Under the pieces are notes generated by a model, which saw only the letters and a program-made list of their open reading frames with translations, did no database searches and was not told the origin of the DNA. A program made the position numbers and the translations under genes. 64,000 bases of DNA from positions 72,292,001-72,356,000 of the forward strand of contig OX597817.1 of assembly GCA_951406725.2 (NCBI GenBank), in the 5' to 3' direction. Positions 39,947 through 51,289 of the stretch are shown here, in pieces (the first letter of the stretch is position 1; every line of letters starts with the position of its first letter). Source of the DNA: Octopus vulgaris (taxonomy: Eukaryota).

Positions 39947-41274
39947 AACATTGGTGTCTCTGGAAAGTTACTGAAATGGATTAAGTGTTTCCTGACAGAC
40001 AGATCTCAACATGTTGTAGTTGAAGGGGTAAAATCAATTTCAGTAAGGCCTTCGACAGGGTCGATCACAAGATCCTATTGAAAAAACTATCCAACATTGG
40101 TGTCTCTGGAAAGTTACTGAAATGGATTAAGTGTTTCCTGACAGACAGATCTCAACATGTTGTAGTTGAAGGGGTAAAATCAAGCCCAGCCAAAGTCAGT
40201 AGTGGCGTTCCGCAAGGCACTGTGCTGGGCCCACTTCTTTTCATCATTTACATTAATGACATTAATGACATCATCAAGCACAGCAACATAAAAATCTTTG
40301 CAGATGACTCCAAGCTACAGAAGGTCATAAATGAGGCGAGTGACCGGACATGCCTTCAGTCAGATCTACTGGCTGTTATCCAATGGGCAGAAAAAAACAA
40401 TATGCTGCTGAACGAGGATAAATTTGAGCTAATCCACTTTGGAAAAGAGGATGCCCTGAAACTCCCATACTCCCTTCCTTCAGGTGAAACTCTCGTGGCG
40501 TCCAACAACATCAGAGACTTGGGAGTAATTGTGGACAACAACGTAAGCTGGGCCACTCATATAAACACCAAAGTTGACATGGCCCGCAGAATGTGTTCCT
40601 GGATTCTCAGAACTTTCCAGTCGAGAGATATCCACACCATTATCCTTCTCTTCTCCACTTTTGCCCGACCCCACCTTGAATACTGTTGTCCACTGTGGTC
40701 TCCCCACACAATACAAGGTATCATAAAAGTTGAAGCACCTCAAAGGGCAATCACAAAAAAGATAGATGGCATGACAGGCCTCGACTATTGGGGTCGACTA
40801 GAAAAGCTAAAACTCTATTCTCTCCAACGTCGTCGTGAGCGCTACATCATCTGCATGATGTGGAAAATATTCCATCAGCATTGCCCAAATGATGTTGGCA
40901 TCACCTTTAAGGTACATCCAAGGCTTGGGCCCCGTGCCATCCGCCCAAAACAAAAATCGCACTCTCATCTCATAACAACAATACGGCACAATTATTTCAC
41001 CTCAATTGGCCCCGCTCTCTTTAACATTACACCAAAACACATTAAAACAGAAACTGACCCTATAGGGTTCAAGAAGTCTTTGGACAGATTCCTTCAAGAA
41101 ATCCCGGATAAACCCCCTACACCCGGATATGTCTCTGTAAACAATAACTCTCTACTTGAGTGGGCCATAGTGCCCAAATTCTGACTTGAAAGACTTCACC
41201 AGGTGGTGCTATTAAGTTAGACATGGCCTGGGCCAATAATGGCCGAAACCTATCAAAGTATCAAAGTATCAAAG
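39947..41274 (+). mobile_element. Young 5'-truncated CR1/jockey-group LINE
   Basis: Uninterrupted frame 40039-41184: [56 protein letters not shown]; (TATCAAAG)3 tail; lies within TA/TACA microsatellite. Confidence 0.93.
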
Positions 41275-41281
41275 TATATAT

Positions 41282-41326
<45 letters not shown>

Positions 41327-41431
41327 CATACATATATATACATACATACATATATATATACATACATACATATATATACATACATACATATATATACATA
41401 CATACATATACATACATATACATACATACAT

Positions 41432-41499
<68 letters not shown>

Positions 41500-41500
41500 G

Positions 41501-41542
<42 letters not shown>

Positions 41543-42270
41543 CGTCAGTGAATCATATATCCGAAAAAGAAGCACACTCTAAGTTGATCAATGGTTTCGC
41601 ATGCTTAAAGTGCTTAGCTTTATTTATAAGGTTTCTTTTTACCTGCAAAACTCATTTTCTTTTTCCTGTAAAACTTGTTTAGTTAAAGAGATGCACTAAA
41701 TATTTATATTCAATAAAACTTTCTTTTTTTAGAACCCTCCGGTAAAATGTGATTCAGTCTTTTGACGTAAAACTCACTTTGTAAAAACACTAAAAAATTA
41801 TAAATATGACATTTTTTTGTGGGAAACTGTAATTTTGAATATATTTTTCAGAAATTTATATAGACATATAACATATTTACCTCTTATGTTAATAAACAAA
41901 CATTATTTATTTCAAATATATATATAAAAAACTTTGCACAATTGAAACTCTTTTTATTATAATTGTTTTCTATTTTTCTATATATGCGTGTGTACATTCA
42001 TTCTTCTCTGTGTGTGTGTGTGTGTGGTGCATGTGTGGCGTGTGTGTGTGTATGTATGAGTGTGTGTGTGCATGTTTATGCGTGTGTGCACGTGTGTGCG
42101 TACGTGTGTGTATGTGTGTGCACGGGTGTGCATGTGGTTGAGCATGCATGTGTATGTGTGTGCGTGTGTACGTATGTATGTGTGTGTACGTGCGTGTGTG
42201 TGTGTGCGAGCTTAAACAGATACACCACACATATTACTCCCACAGTCCAACAGACATATACCGGATATAC

Positions 42271-42486
42271 TCTCTCTTTTACTCTTTTACTTGTTTCAGT
42301 CATTTGACTGCGGCCATGCTGGAGCACCGCCTTTAGTCGAGCAAATCGACCCCGGGACTTATTCTTTGTAAGCCCAGTACTTATTCTATCGGTCTCTTTT
42401 GCCGAACAGCTAAGTGACGGGGACGTAAACACACCAGCATCGGTTGTCAAGCAATGCTAGGGGGACAAACACAGACACACAAACAT

Positions 42487-42555
<69 letters not shown>

Positions 42556-42721
42556 TACGACATGCTTCTTTCAGTTTCCGTCTACCAAATCCACTCACAA
42601 GGCATTGGTCGGCCCGAGGCTATAGCAGAAGACACTTGCCCAAGATGCCACGCTGTGGGACTGAACCCGGAACCATGTGGTTAGTAAGCAAGCTACTTGC
42701 CACACTGCCACTCCTACGCCT
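42271..42721 (-). mobile_element. SINE family A, full length
   Basis: Complete head, internal (TA)n, body and gtaaaagag tail on the minus strand. Confidence 0.9.
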
Positions 42722-42859
42722 ATATGTTTGTTATAAGTCGACAAAATTTAACCAGCTATAGATGAGAGATGAATAAAGTTTTGTTATGTGGTATGCACCA
42801 AATCTTAACTTTCTCATGTTCCTACCAAATGTTTTGACAGCATCAGCGTGGCAGCTTCC

Positions 42860-43160
42860 GATCTGATACAGGAAATTAAAAGACATACAATAGCCATGAC
42901 ACTTACCACCATTTGCAGATCGCCAAGTTTGTTGAAAGTGGTTAAGTCATGAGTGTTCAACATCAAGAAAAAGCAAGAGTTTCATGGTGAGGACGTGTCG
43001 TCTGTGGCCAAAAGACAAAGATATTTTCGCCAATCCGAGGTCTCAAGCGACAGCTGAGCTCGTTCAGTTGATCTGGGACATCATTGATGATAATCCCAGA
43101 GTGTGGATTAGTGTTACCGATGAGCAGTTCATTGTGATAGAGACTACTATAAATCGTAAG
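42860..43160 (+). mobile_element. Tc1/mariner transposase N-terminal (HTH) remnant
   Basis: TAELVQLIWDIIDDNPRVWISV...VIETTINRK resembles the second HTH of maT/Tc3-like transposases. Confidence 0.45.
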
Positions 43161-43225
43161 GTACATACATACATACATACATACATACATACATACATAC
43201 ATACATACATACATACATACACATT

Positions 43226-43415
43226 ATGGCTGCCCCTTCGTTATCGAGTACGGCCATTGCACGAAGCTTAACTGTTACTGGTGCTGTGATCGAATGTGAC
43301 TTTTTAGCCCAGCTAAAGATCTACAATGTCTTGTACAAAATTGGCAACTAAAACCTTTACTGGTAATAGCCGGCTGTAGTTGTAACTGGGCTCCATGTAC
43401 CTTTGCATGTCGTTT
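43226..43415 (-). mobile_element. Short RTE 3' end, same family as 18566-19340
   Basis: KRHAKVHGAQLQLQPAITSKGFSCQFCTRHCRSLAGLKSHIRSQHQ; (TACA)n on both sides. Confidence 0.9.
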
Positions 43416-43606
43416 ACACACATACATACATGCATACACACATACATGCACACATACATACATACATACATACATACATACATACATACATACATACATA
43501 CATACATACATACATACATACATACATACATACATACATGCATACATACGTGCATGCATACGTACATACATACATACATAAATAAATACATAAATACATA
43601 CATATA

Positions 43607-43712
43607 AAAATACCTGGTTGATGATGTTGAAATTCCAATGAAAGAGCCTTGGATCTAGGTTAGAAACCGGCTATCTCTCTATTGGCAAGAAATCTGGAAA
43701 AAAACTGAACAA
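43607..43712 (+). mobile_element. Solo 3' UTR of the R4/Dong-like LINE
   Basis: Matches the reverse complement of 62475-62580 (gatgttgaaatt...gagccttggatctagg...gaaaccggct). Confidence 0.8.
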
Positions 43713-43914
43713 TCACATTCATACCAGGCGTGGCTGTGTAGTAAGATGCTTGCTTCCCAACAACATGGTTCCAGGGTCAGTCTCACAATGTAGCACCTTG
43801 GGTAAAAGACACTCTGCGCCTATACACGTACTCATATACGTATTTTCACTCCACCATCATACGACGGGAATTCTATAAATAAATGTGCACATTCCATCAT
43901 TTCTTTAGTCGTAA

Positions 43915-43962
43915 CTTGCCTGAAGACCCCTTGCACCCACGGGCGGAAGTCAGAGTAGCAAG
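43915..43962 (+). ncRNA. Degenerate type I hammerhead-like motif
   Basis: CTTGC CTGAAGA CCCC-loop-GGGC GGAA GTCAGAGT A GCAAG; stem I perfect, GAAA mutated. Confidence 0.5.
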
Positions 43963-44186
43963 AGATTAACTCGACTTAAATAAAATATCATTAATCTCTA
44001 CTATGGTATTAAGTACTCTTTTTCCGACAGTCAAACTCTAGTTTCTCTCTCTCTCTGCCTCTCTCTCGCTCCCTCTCTTCCTCTCCCCCTCTCTCACCCT
44101 ATCCCTCTCTTCCTCCTTCTCCCTTTCCCTCCTCTTCTCTCCGTTTCTTTTTCTCTGTTCTTTCTCTTTCTCTGTCTCTGTATGCG

Positions 44187-44226
<40 letters not shown>

Positions 44227-44391
44227 TAGTTATCGCCATACTAATATGGCATTCTTATAAAAATAAGAATAAAGCTGTCCGCTTATTAGCTCCATGAGGC
44301 CATCGCCTTAAGTTAGCTATTTGATACACAAACTGTATCCATATAACCTTCGAACAAGGGAGGTCAGTCGCTCCACACTACTTGACCGACA

Positions 44392-44433
44392 GCTACAGAC
44401 GCGTTTCGGGGTATTGCCCCTTGTCAATGTAGC
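44392..44433 (-). ncRNA. Type I hammerhead ribozyme, unit 1
   Basis: GCTACA TTGACAA GGGG-CAATA-CCCC GAAA CGCG TC TGTAGC: 6-bp stem I, U3-A8 core, 4-bp stem II, palindromic ACGCGT helix III, GUC triplet. Confidence 0.85.
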
Positions 44434-44753
44434 GTAGTCGGACCAGTAGGTGTCGCTTCTGACTATCTCTGTTCGAAGGTTTTATTTACCTAGTTTCGGT
44501 GGAATACATCCACTTGTTTTCAATAATAGAAATATTAAAATTACTAAGTCTCTCTAAAAGAGAATACGGCAGCGTTCCTGGAAATTAATAGTTATCGCCA
44601 TACTAATATGGCATTCTTATAAAAATAAGAATAAAGCTGTCCGCTTATTAGCTCCATGAGGCCATCGCCTTAAGTTAGCTATTTGATACACAAACTGTAT
44701 CCATATAACCTTCGAACAAGGGAGGTCAGTCGCTCCACACTACTTGACCGACA

Positions 44754-44795
44754 GCTACAGACGCGTTTCGGGGTATTGCCCCTTGTCAATGTAGC
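44754..44795 (-). ncRNA. Type I hammerhead ribozyme, unit 2
   Basis: Identical to unit 1 motif. Confidence 0.85.
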
Positions 44796-45115
44796 GTAGT
44801 CGGACCAGTAGGTGTCGCTTCTGACTATCTCTGTTCGAAGGTTTTATTTACCTAGTTTCGGGGGAATACATCCACTTGTTTTCAATAATAGAAATATTAA
44901 AATTACTAAGACTCTCTAAAAGAGAATACGGCAGCGTTCCTGGAAATTAATAGTTATCGCCATACTAATATGGCATTCTTATAAAAATAAGAATAAAGCT
45001 GTCCGCTTATTAGCTCCATGAGGCCATCGCCTTAAGTTAGCTATTTGATACACAAACTGTATCCATATAACCTTCGAACAAGGGAGGTCAGTCGCTCCAC
45101 ACTACTTGACCGACA

Positions 45116-45157
45116 GCTACAGACGCGTTTCGGGGTATTGCCCCTTGTCAATGTAGC
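45116..45157 (-). ncRNA. Type I hammerhead ribozyme, unit 3
   Basis: Identical to unit 1 motif. Confidence 0.85.
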
Positions 45158-45326
45158 GTAGTCGGACCAGTAGGTGTCGCTTCTGACTATCTCTGTTCGA
45201 AGGTTTTATTTACCTAGTTTCGGGGGAATACATCCACTTGTTTTCAATAATAGAAATATTAAAATTACTAAGACTCTCTAAAAGAGAATACGGCAGCGTT
45301 CCTGGAAATTAATAGTTATCGCCATA

Positions 45327-45395
45327 CTAATAAGCGGACAGCTTTATTCTTATTTTTATAAGAATGCCATATTAGTATGGCGATAACTATTAATT
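45327..45395 (+). repeat. 69-bp inverted copy of the array terminus
   Basis: Reverse complement of the first ~68 nt of the unit, joined through ctaata microhomology. Confidence 0.93.
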
Positions 45396-45560
45396 GACAA
45401 CCGATGGTAGTGTGTTTACGTACCCGTAACTTAGCGGTTCGGTAGAATAAGTACAAGGCTTACAAAGAATAAGTCTTGGGGTCGATTCGCTCGACTAAAG
45501 GCGGTGCTCCAGCATGGCCACAGTCAAATGACTGAAACAGGTAAAAGAGTAAAAGAGAAT
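45394..45560 (+). mobile_element. SINE family A, 3' half
   Basis: ttgacaaccgatgg...cttagcggttcgg...cagtcaaatgactgaaacaggtaaaagag. Confidence 0.85.
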
Positions 45561-45661
45561 ATATATATATATATATATATATATGAAAATGTGACCGCGT
45601 GTGTACCGTTGGCGATTTTTTTTCCTCTGTCTTCCCTTCAATGGATCTTTCTATCTCCTAT

Positions 45662-45696
45662 GTTTCCGACGAAGAGCTCCGCTCGAAACGTTAAGC
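45662..45696 (+). ncRNA. Degenerate minimal hammerhead-like motif
   Basis: GTTT CCGACGA A GAGC-TCC-GCTC GAAA CG TT AAGC. Confidence 0.55.
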
Positions 45697-46758
45697 CCTC
45701 CTCCTTTCCTTCTTTTCTGGACGTCCAATAATACTATATTTGTTCCACGTCCTCGCGTTGTTGTGTTTTTTTGTGCTTTCTTGTTTGGATTAACTATATA
45801 TATATATGAAGGTACAGGAGAGTAATTACGCTGGGTGCAATAGAACAATCCGGGTGTGTATGTAATAAATTTTAAAATTGAGCAATCGAACAAATACTTC
45901 AGAGCGAGCAAGGATTGTCTTCTTCAGAACAAATGTTGAGATTTCTCCTTTATGGAGCTGAAACTTGGAATCTGAAACAATAGCTTCACGATTGACTTGA
46001 AGGCACGTAGATTAAGCTTCCCGTTATAGCTCAAAGCACCTCATGGGGTGGTTAAAGCTAAAAGGGTGACATATGGACACATTCCGCTCTTTCCTATTAT
46101 TGTTGCTCAAGGCAGGGTAGGATTTGCTGGTCTCTGGTGTCAAATGACAAAACGTAACACTTAATTTCATGCATATCAATTACAAAGTAAGCGAAGCTTT
46201 TAGATTAAATTTCATGTGTATACAACATGTTTATATTACAGCGTCATACAATTAACCACGCTGTGCTATGTAGTTTATCTTCATATATGTAGAGATACAA
46301 TATGTTCCAAAAAAGCAGATCTGAGTTTGCGCTTAATCGATCACCTAAAATCCTGCCAAAAATCGCAAACTCTGAGCTGAGCTGAGGCTAAACAACAGCA
46401 GTAGCAACAACAACAACAACAACAACAACAACACTATCAATACCTTTAGTATATTTAAAAATGGGGGAAAATATTAACAGACACTCGACAGTTTAATTTA
46501 GGGGATATGCAGGAATGAAAAGACGTATTTAAGGGAGCAAACTTTACATACAATGATGGGAATTGGAAATAATGTCTATATAATGTATATATGGGTATAT
46601 ATTAGTGTACAGAGATATGTCGGTATGTATGTATGTATGATTGTATATGTACATGCGGATGCATGCATGTGTGTATTTATGTATGCATATATGTAAGTAT
46701 GTATTTATGCTTATATGTAGATATGTATTTATGCATGAATGTATATGTATGTATATAG

Positions 46759-47090
46759 GATACACGGACGGGGTGCCGAATGCACTTTTGCCAAAGGACA
46801 AGAAGCCGAAACCAAGAAGCCCAACGGATACAATGCCGAACGGACGTAAAGCCGAACGGACAAGACGCCGAACGGACAAGACGCCGAAAAGACATACGAA
46901 AATTAAAATATATGATAATCATTTTATTCCTACAGTATGAGCAATTGACAAACTGAATTGATCATTAAACTATGTAGGTAGGAATGTTTTTTTTTATGAT
47001 TCTGTACGTTCGGCTTTGTGTCCGTTCGACTCCTTGGCTTCGGCTTCTTGTCCTCCGGCAAAAGTGCATTCGGAATCCTGTCCGCGCACT
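46759..47090. mobile_element. Non-autonomous DNA transposon with 15-bp subterminal repeats and 8-bp TSD (Merlin/MULE-like)
   Basis: GTATATAG at 46751-46758 and 47091-47098; inverted arms built from gccgaacggacaaga-type 15-mers. Confidence 0.85.
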
Positions 47091-47269
47091 GTATATAGAT
47101 GTGTATGTACATTTATATATGGTGCGTGGTGGTGTGTTAACTTAGAGATTCGACACAGGGGTCCGATAGAGTAAGTACTTTGAATAATAAGTACTGAGAT
47201 CGACACATTCGACTAAAATTTCAAGGCAGTGCCCCAACATAGCCGCAGGGAAATGACAAGCAAAAGACA

Positions 47270-47303
<34 letters not shown>

Positions 47304-47405
47304 ACAGGCGAGCGCATAAGTGCAAAACAAAGTGAAAAAATAGTACTTGAAAACCAAAAATACAGTAATATATTATTAGTAACGCTGCAAAATTATTACA
47401 AAACT

Positions 47406-47450
47406 GTTAACTAGTTTCATGTTCCCGTCCGTCGGACACTCATCACAAGC
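47406..47450 (-). ncRNA. Degenerate hammerhead-like motif
   Basis: GCTT GTGATGA GTGT...ACAT GAAA CTAG TT AAC; palindromic AACTAGTT. Confidence 0.45.
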
Positions 47451-47591
47451 GTTCGACGAACGGGGGCGTGAGACTCTGGGTAACAGTTCTTTGTGATAAT
47501 TTTGTAATTTTAATAAAAATATATAATATACACACACGCAATCACACACACACACACACATGCATAGGTATATATATGTGTGTGTGTGATT

Positions 47592-47647
<56 letters not shown>

Positions 47648-47799
47648 CACATATACATATATTGGAAGATTTAAGTACTTTCCAAATCAGCAGTATGTAT
47701 AAATTACTTAAGTGCTCATTCTTATTTATTGATTGGTAGAGATTGGTTCTATATCCAATTGTGGATATAGAATATCTATTAATAAATTGCCATTCTTTA

Positions 47800-49325
47800 T
47801 TTAATCTTTATTGTTGGTTGAAAAATCTGAACACTAGTTGAGGGGAAAGATTTTGAAATTGGGTAAGTCCTTTCCTGAATAGGTTGCAATGTGACTGCTT
47901 AAAGGAATTTTCCTCGTGGTTTTGTCTCGGATGTGTTGGTGATGAGACGTCATTCTGTTGCGTAACAATCCGCCCGTCTGACTTATATAGTTATGTTGGC
48001 AACCATTGCATGTGATTACGTAGATTAGGTTTTCTGTGTTGCAGGTAATATGGGATTTAACTTTGAAGGTTTGGCCGTCTTTGAATTTAATTTCTCGTCC
48101 CTCAAATAGGTAACGGCAAGTGCCACATTTTGTAACAGATGAGTTGGGGTTTCTTTGTGACTTTGCTCCTGTAAGAATAAGTTTTAGTGTTTGGGGCTGC
48201 CTTTTGCTTTTTGCTGATTGTTGTTTTTATAAGATTTTTCTCATTTTTTTCACCTGCAAATAAAATGGAGAGGTTTTTGTGGATGTGTTCAAATATTTCG
48301 GTGTTCCTGAGATTGAAGGTTGACACAAATGCTAAGACGTTTTCCTTTTTTTTTTCTTCTCGTAAGTTCATCGATATCCATTTGTTTTACCTTGTTTATT
48401 CCGTTGGTGATTATGACAAGAGGGCAGGCTCTTTGGATAAGTGTCTCCTTCAGTTACGCTAGTCTTTGTTGACGCTTGGATGGTTCTGATACAAATTCAT
48501 TTTGCCAGGTTGAAGGAAATGTTGAGTTTGGTGTGTTTCGGTTGAAGTGATGTAAAAAGAATAACTCCCTTTCTATTTTTCCATCTTGGTTTGTGATTAG
48601 ACTATTCTGAAAGACGAGTTCTTTGGGGTTTAAACTCCATTGTGAATTGGATGTTATTGCTTAGGTTGTTTAATATAATTTTAAATTCAGTTAGTTTGTC
48701 AAAGTTTTCCTGCTATAAGACAAAGCAATTATCCAGGTATCTTTTCCAATTGTTTTGAGTTGTGTATGAAACGTGTCTCCGAATATTAGAAGAGATTGGT
48801 CGTAGATGTTTTGTTAGTGGAATACCATGACTAAGTTGGCGTATGTGGGAGCTACTTTCGTACCCATCACTGTTCTTGATGTTTGTCGGTAATCCGAACT
48901 GTTGATGGTAAAGTAGTTGTTTTCAAGTATGAGTCTGAGCCCAAGAATGATAAATTCTTTTTCTATGCATGTTGGAATTTCGGATTGGTGAGTGTCTAAA
49001 CAGTTATTCCATAGTCATGGAGAATGTTAGTATATAATCTGACAACGTCAAATGAAGTAAAAATTGGATATTTATTTACCGTTTTTGGCAGATGATTTAG
49101 TATGTCTAGGTCAGCTCGTATGTAGCGCTGTATATATTTTAGGAAGAGTTTTAGGAGGATGTCCAAGACGTTGCTGAGTCTGTGTTTTTCACATGCCTGG
49201 CTTTCTATGATTGGTCTCAGCTTTAAATCATCCGGAGGTGTTAATTGTATGTATTTGCTTGCTGAAGATTTACAAGCATCACTTTTCCTTTTGCATTTAT
49301 GGATTTTTCGTTAACCATAAAAGCG
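47800..49325 (-). mobile_element. Older decayed Neptune-type PLE (RT to GIY-YIG)
   Basis: FYG*RKIHK, DDLKLRPII, TSFDVVRLYTNI, WKRYLDNCF, IQFTME, TCNTENLIYVITCNGCQHNYISQT; related to 34256-36355. Confidence 0.9.
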
Positions 49326-49329
49326 GCAT

Positions 49330-51289
49330 CATAACACGGTCACATGTCTTAATTGTAATTGCAACAAAGCATGCTGGGTAACACAACCTCCGATTCTCTA
49401 ATCGCGTGTTGTGAAACACTGATGACGTAAAATCTACTAATGCCATAATGAACCGCAACAGCCGCGTTACTGCTCTTTTGGGTGATCATTTTCATGTGAC
49501 GTCATTCTGTTGTAGTAGCTATCTATATCAAAGACCAAGAGAAAAGTTGATGCTGAAAACAGAGCCGTTCAAATCCGGTGGGAAACCGAGTACACGTTTA
49601 CTGACATTGATGACAAACCCCTGTGTCTTAATTGTGGTGCTAATGTTGCTGTACTTAAGTAGTATAATCTCAAACGTCACTACGAGACAAAACATCAAGA
49701 CAAATCAGTCGTGTCAGACTGACACGACTGATACGGAACAGCTGGTTATCTTCATCCGTAGAGTGGAGTCCAATTTGTTCGTCATGGAGGAAATTTTGGA
49801 CATAAAATCGATGCACATGACAATAACAGGAAAGGATCTCTGAAAAAATATGAGTGTAACTGACCTGAGACTTCCTTGGGACAAACCTGTTGGATTTACA
49901 ACAGATGCAACACCGGCGATGTGCGGGGAAAAAGTGGACTAGTGGGTGGGATACGTTTAAGATGCAAGAAGAGAATTACGCTGGTGAGTTGACTGCATAT
50001 CACTGCATCATACACCCGGAAACGCTATGCGCTAAAGCCTTAAAAATGGAACATGTAATGAGCCACTGTAATGCAAACCAGAAACTTTATCCTAGCCGAA
50101 GATTTAAATCACCACCAATTTCAGTCTTTCCTGCGGGAAATACATTCAGAGTTCAGGGCGTACCTTATCATACGGAAGTGTGGTGACTCAGTCGGGGAAA
50201 GGTTTTCAGTATAGTTTTTGAGCTGGTTGAGGAGATATGTCAATTCATGGACAGTAAAAGAAAAGAATCCAAAGATTTTCAGGATGAAAAGTGAAAATGG
50301 GAGTTGGCGTTTCTGGTTGACATAACTGTGCATCTCAATGTTTTAAACATCCAGCTCCAGAGATGGAATCGCATGATCTATGATATGCATGACGCTGTAA
50401 AGGCATTTCAAGTGAAGCTGCGCTAATGGGAGATACGAACGCACCAATTGAACTTGTCTCACTTTCCCTGTTGCCAAGTAATCTTGCGCCAAGTCTGCGC
50501 CACGGTTTTACCAAAGCAACACTTAGCTGATAAATTGAGTATGTTCCACACTGAATTCGCACAGTGCTTTAGTGACTTTGAAGCACTGAAAAATAATTTC
50601 GAGCTGCTTCGCAACCGATTTGCCGTCAATGGGGTAACTGTATATGTATAGATTCAAATGGAGCTAATAGAACTGCAGTGTAATGGGACATTAAAAGCAA
50701 AGTACGACTCTGTGAGGCCGTACAGTTCACTTCATACCTGGAACAATGCCTCAGCTCCGTTTACATGCCATTCGAACGCTGTCTTTGTTTGGAAGCACAT
50801 ACCTGTGCAAGCAGATGTTCTCTGTGATGAAGAATAAAACGTCACATAGGATGCGTCTCATAGATGAACGCCTTCAGTTTACCCTGAGAGTCTAAACAAC
50901 ACATAGCGTTGCCACCAAATATCAATGAACTCGTTGCCAAGAAAATATTCCAAGTATGTTGCTCGGATAAAATTGCAAAAAGAAAATTGAAAGTTTTGAT
51001 TCATTATTTTAATTTTCACTAAAAAGTACATTTTTCTTGGTTTTTTTTTTTGGTTTTTTTGTTTTTTGCAACAAACTCTTATTTAAAATTTTTATAATTT
51101 TGACAGAAGATATTTTTATGCGGAGCAAATATTTTAAGTAATTTAAGTTAAAGTTAATTTATTTTTGGAATAAAATTATTTACCATCTGTTTCAATACAT
51201 GTTCCTGTTCAAAAAGTTTTAGTCTATTCAATAAATGTTTATCCAGTTCGGCCTGCAACCTAAAGCGTACTTTGAGTTTGACGTCCCTG
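49330..51289 (+). mobile_element. hAT transposon remnant (Buster/SPIN, GTF2IRD2-like transposase)
   Basis: KPLCLNCG...NLKRHYETKH, DTTDTEQLVIFIR, TTDATPAMCG, HCIIHPETLC, LAFLVDI, FGSTYLC; right TIR gagtttgacgtccctg followed by GTTTAGAC (central TA). Confidence 0.9.

Larger units (their letters stand above)
44222..45332 (-). repeat. Tandem array of three 362-bp units plus 25 bp; retrozyme-like
   Basis: Unit starts at 44222, 44584, 44946, 45308; units 2 and 3 look identical, unit 1 differs at two positions seen; no ORF; one hammerhead per unit. Confidence 0.95.

Noticed and set aside
41231-41250. GGCC-aataat-GGCC-GAAAC as a hammerhead
   Set aside because: No CUGANGA-like core or stem I; better explained as the LINE 3' stem-loop
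44222-45332. Array as CRISPR or ordinary satellite
   Set aside because: No unique spacers and a eukaryotic context; ribozyme and terminal inversion point to retrotransposition
46780-46890. 15-bp repeats as a CRISPR-like array
   Set aside because: Contiguous units without spacers, mirrored in the opposite arm of a TSD-flanked transposon
49448-50950. GTF2IRD2/EPM2AIP1-like host gene
   Set aside because: Many frameshifts and stops, an internal deletion and a hAT TIR: transposon fossil
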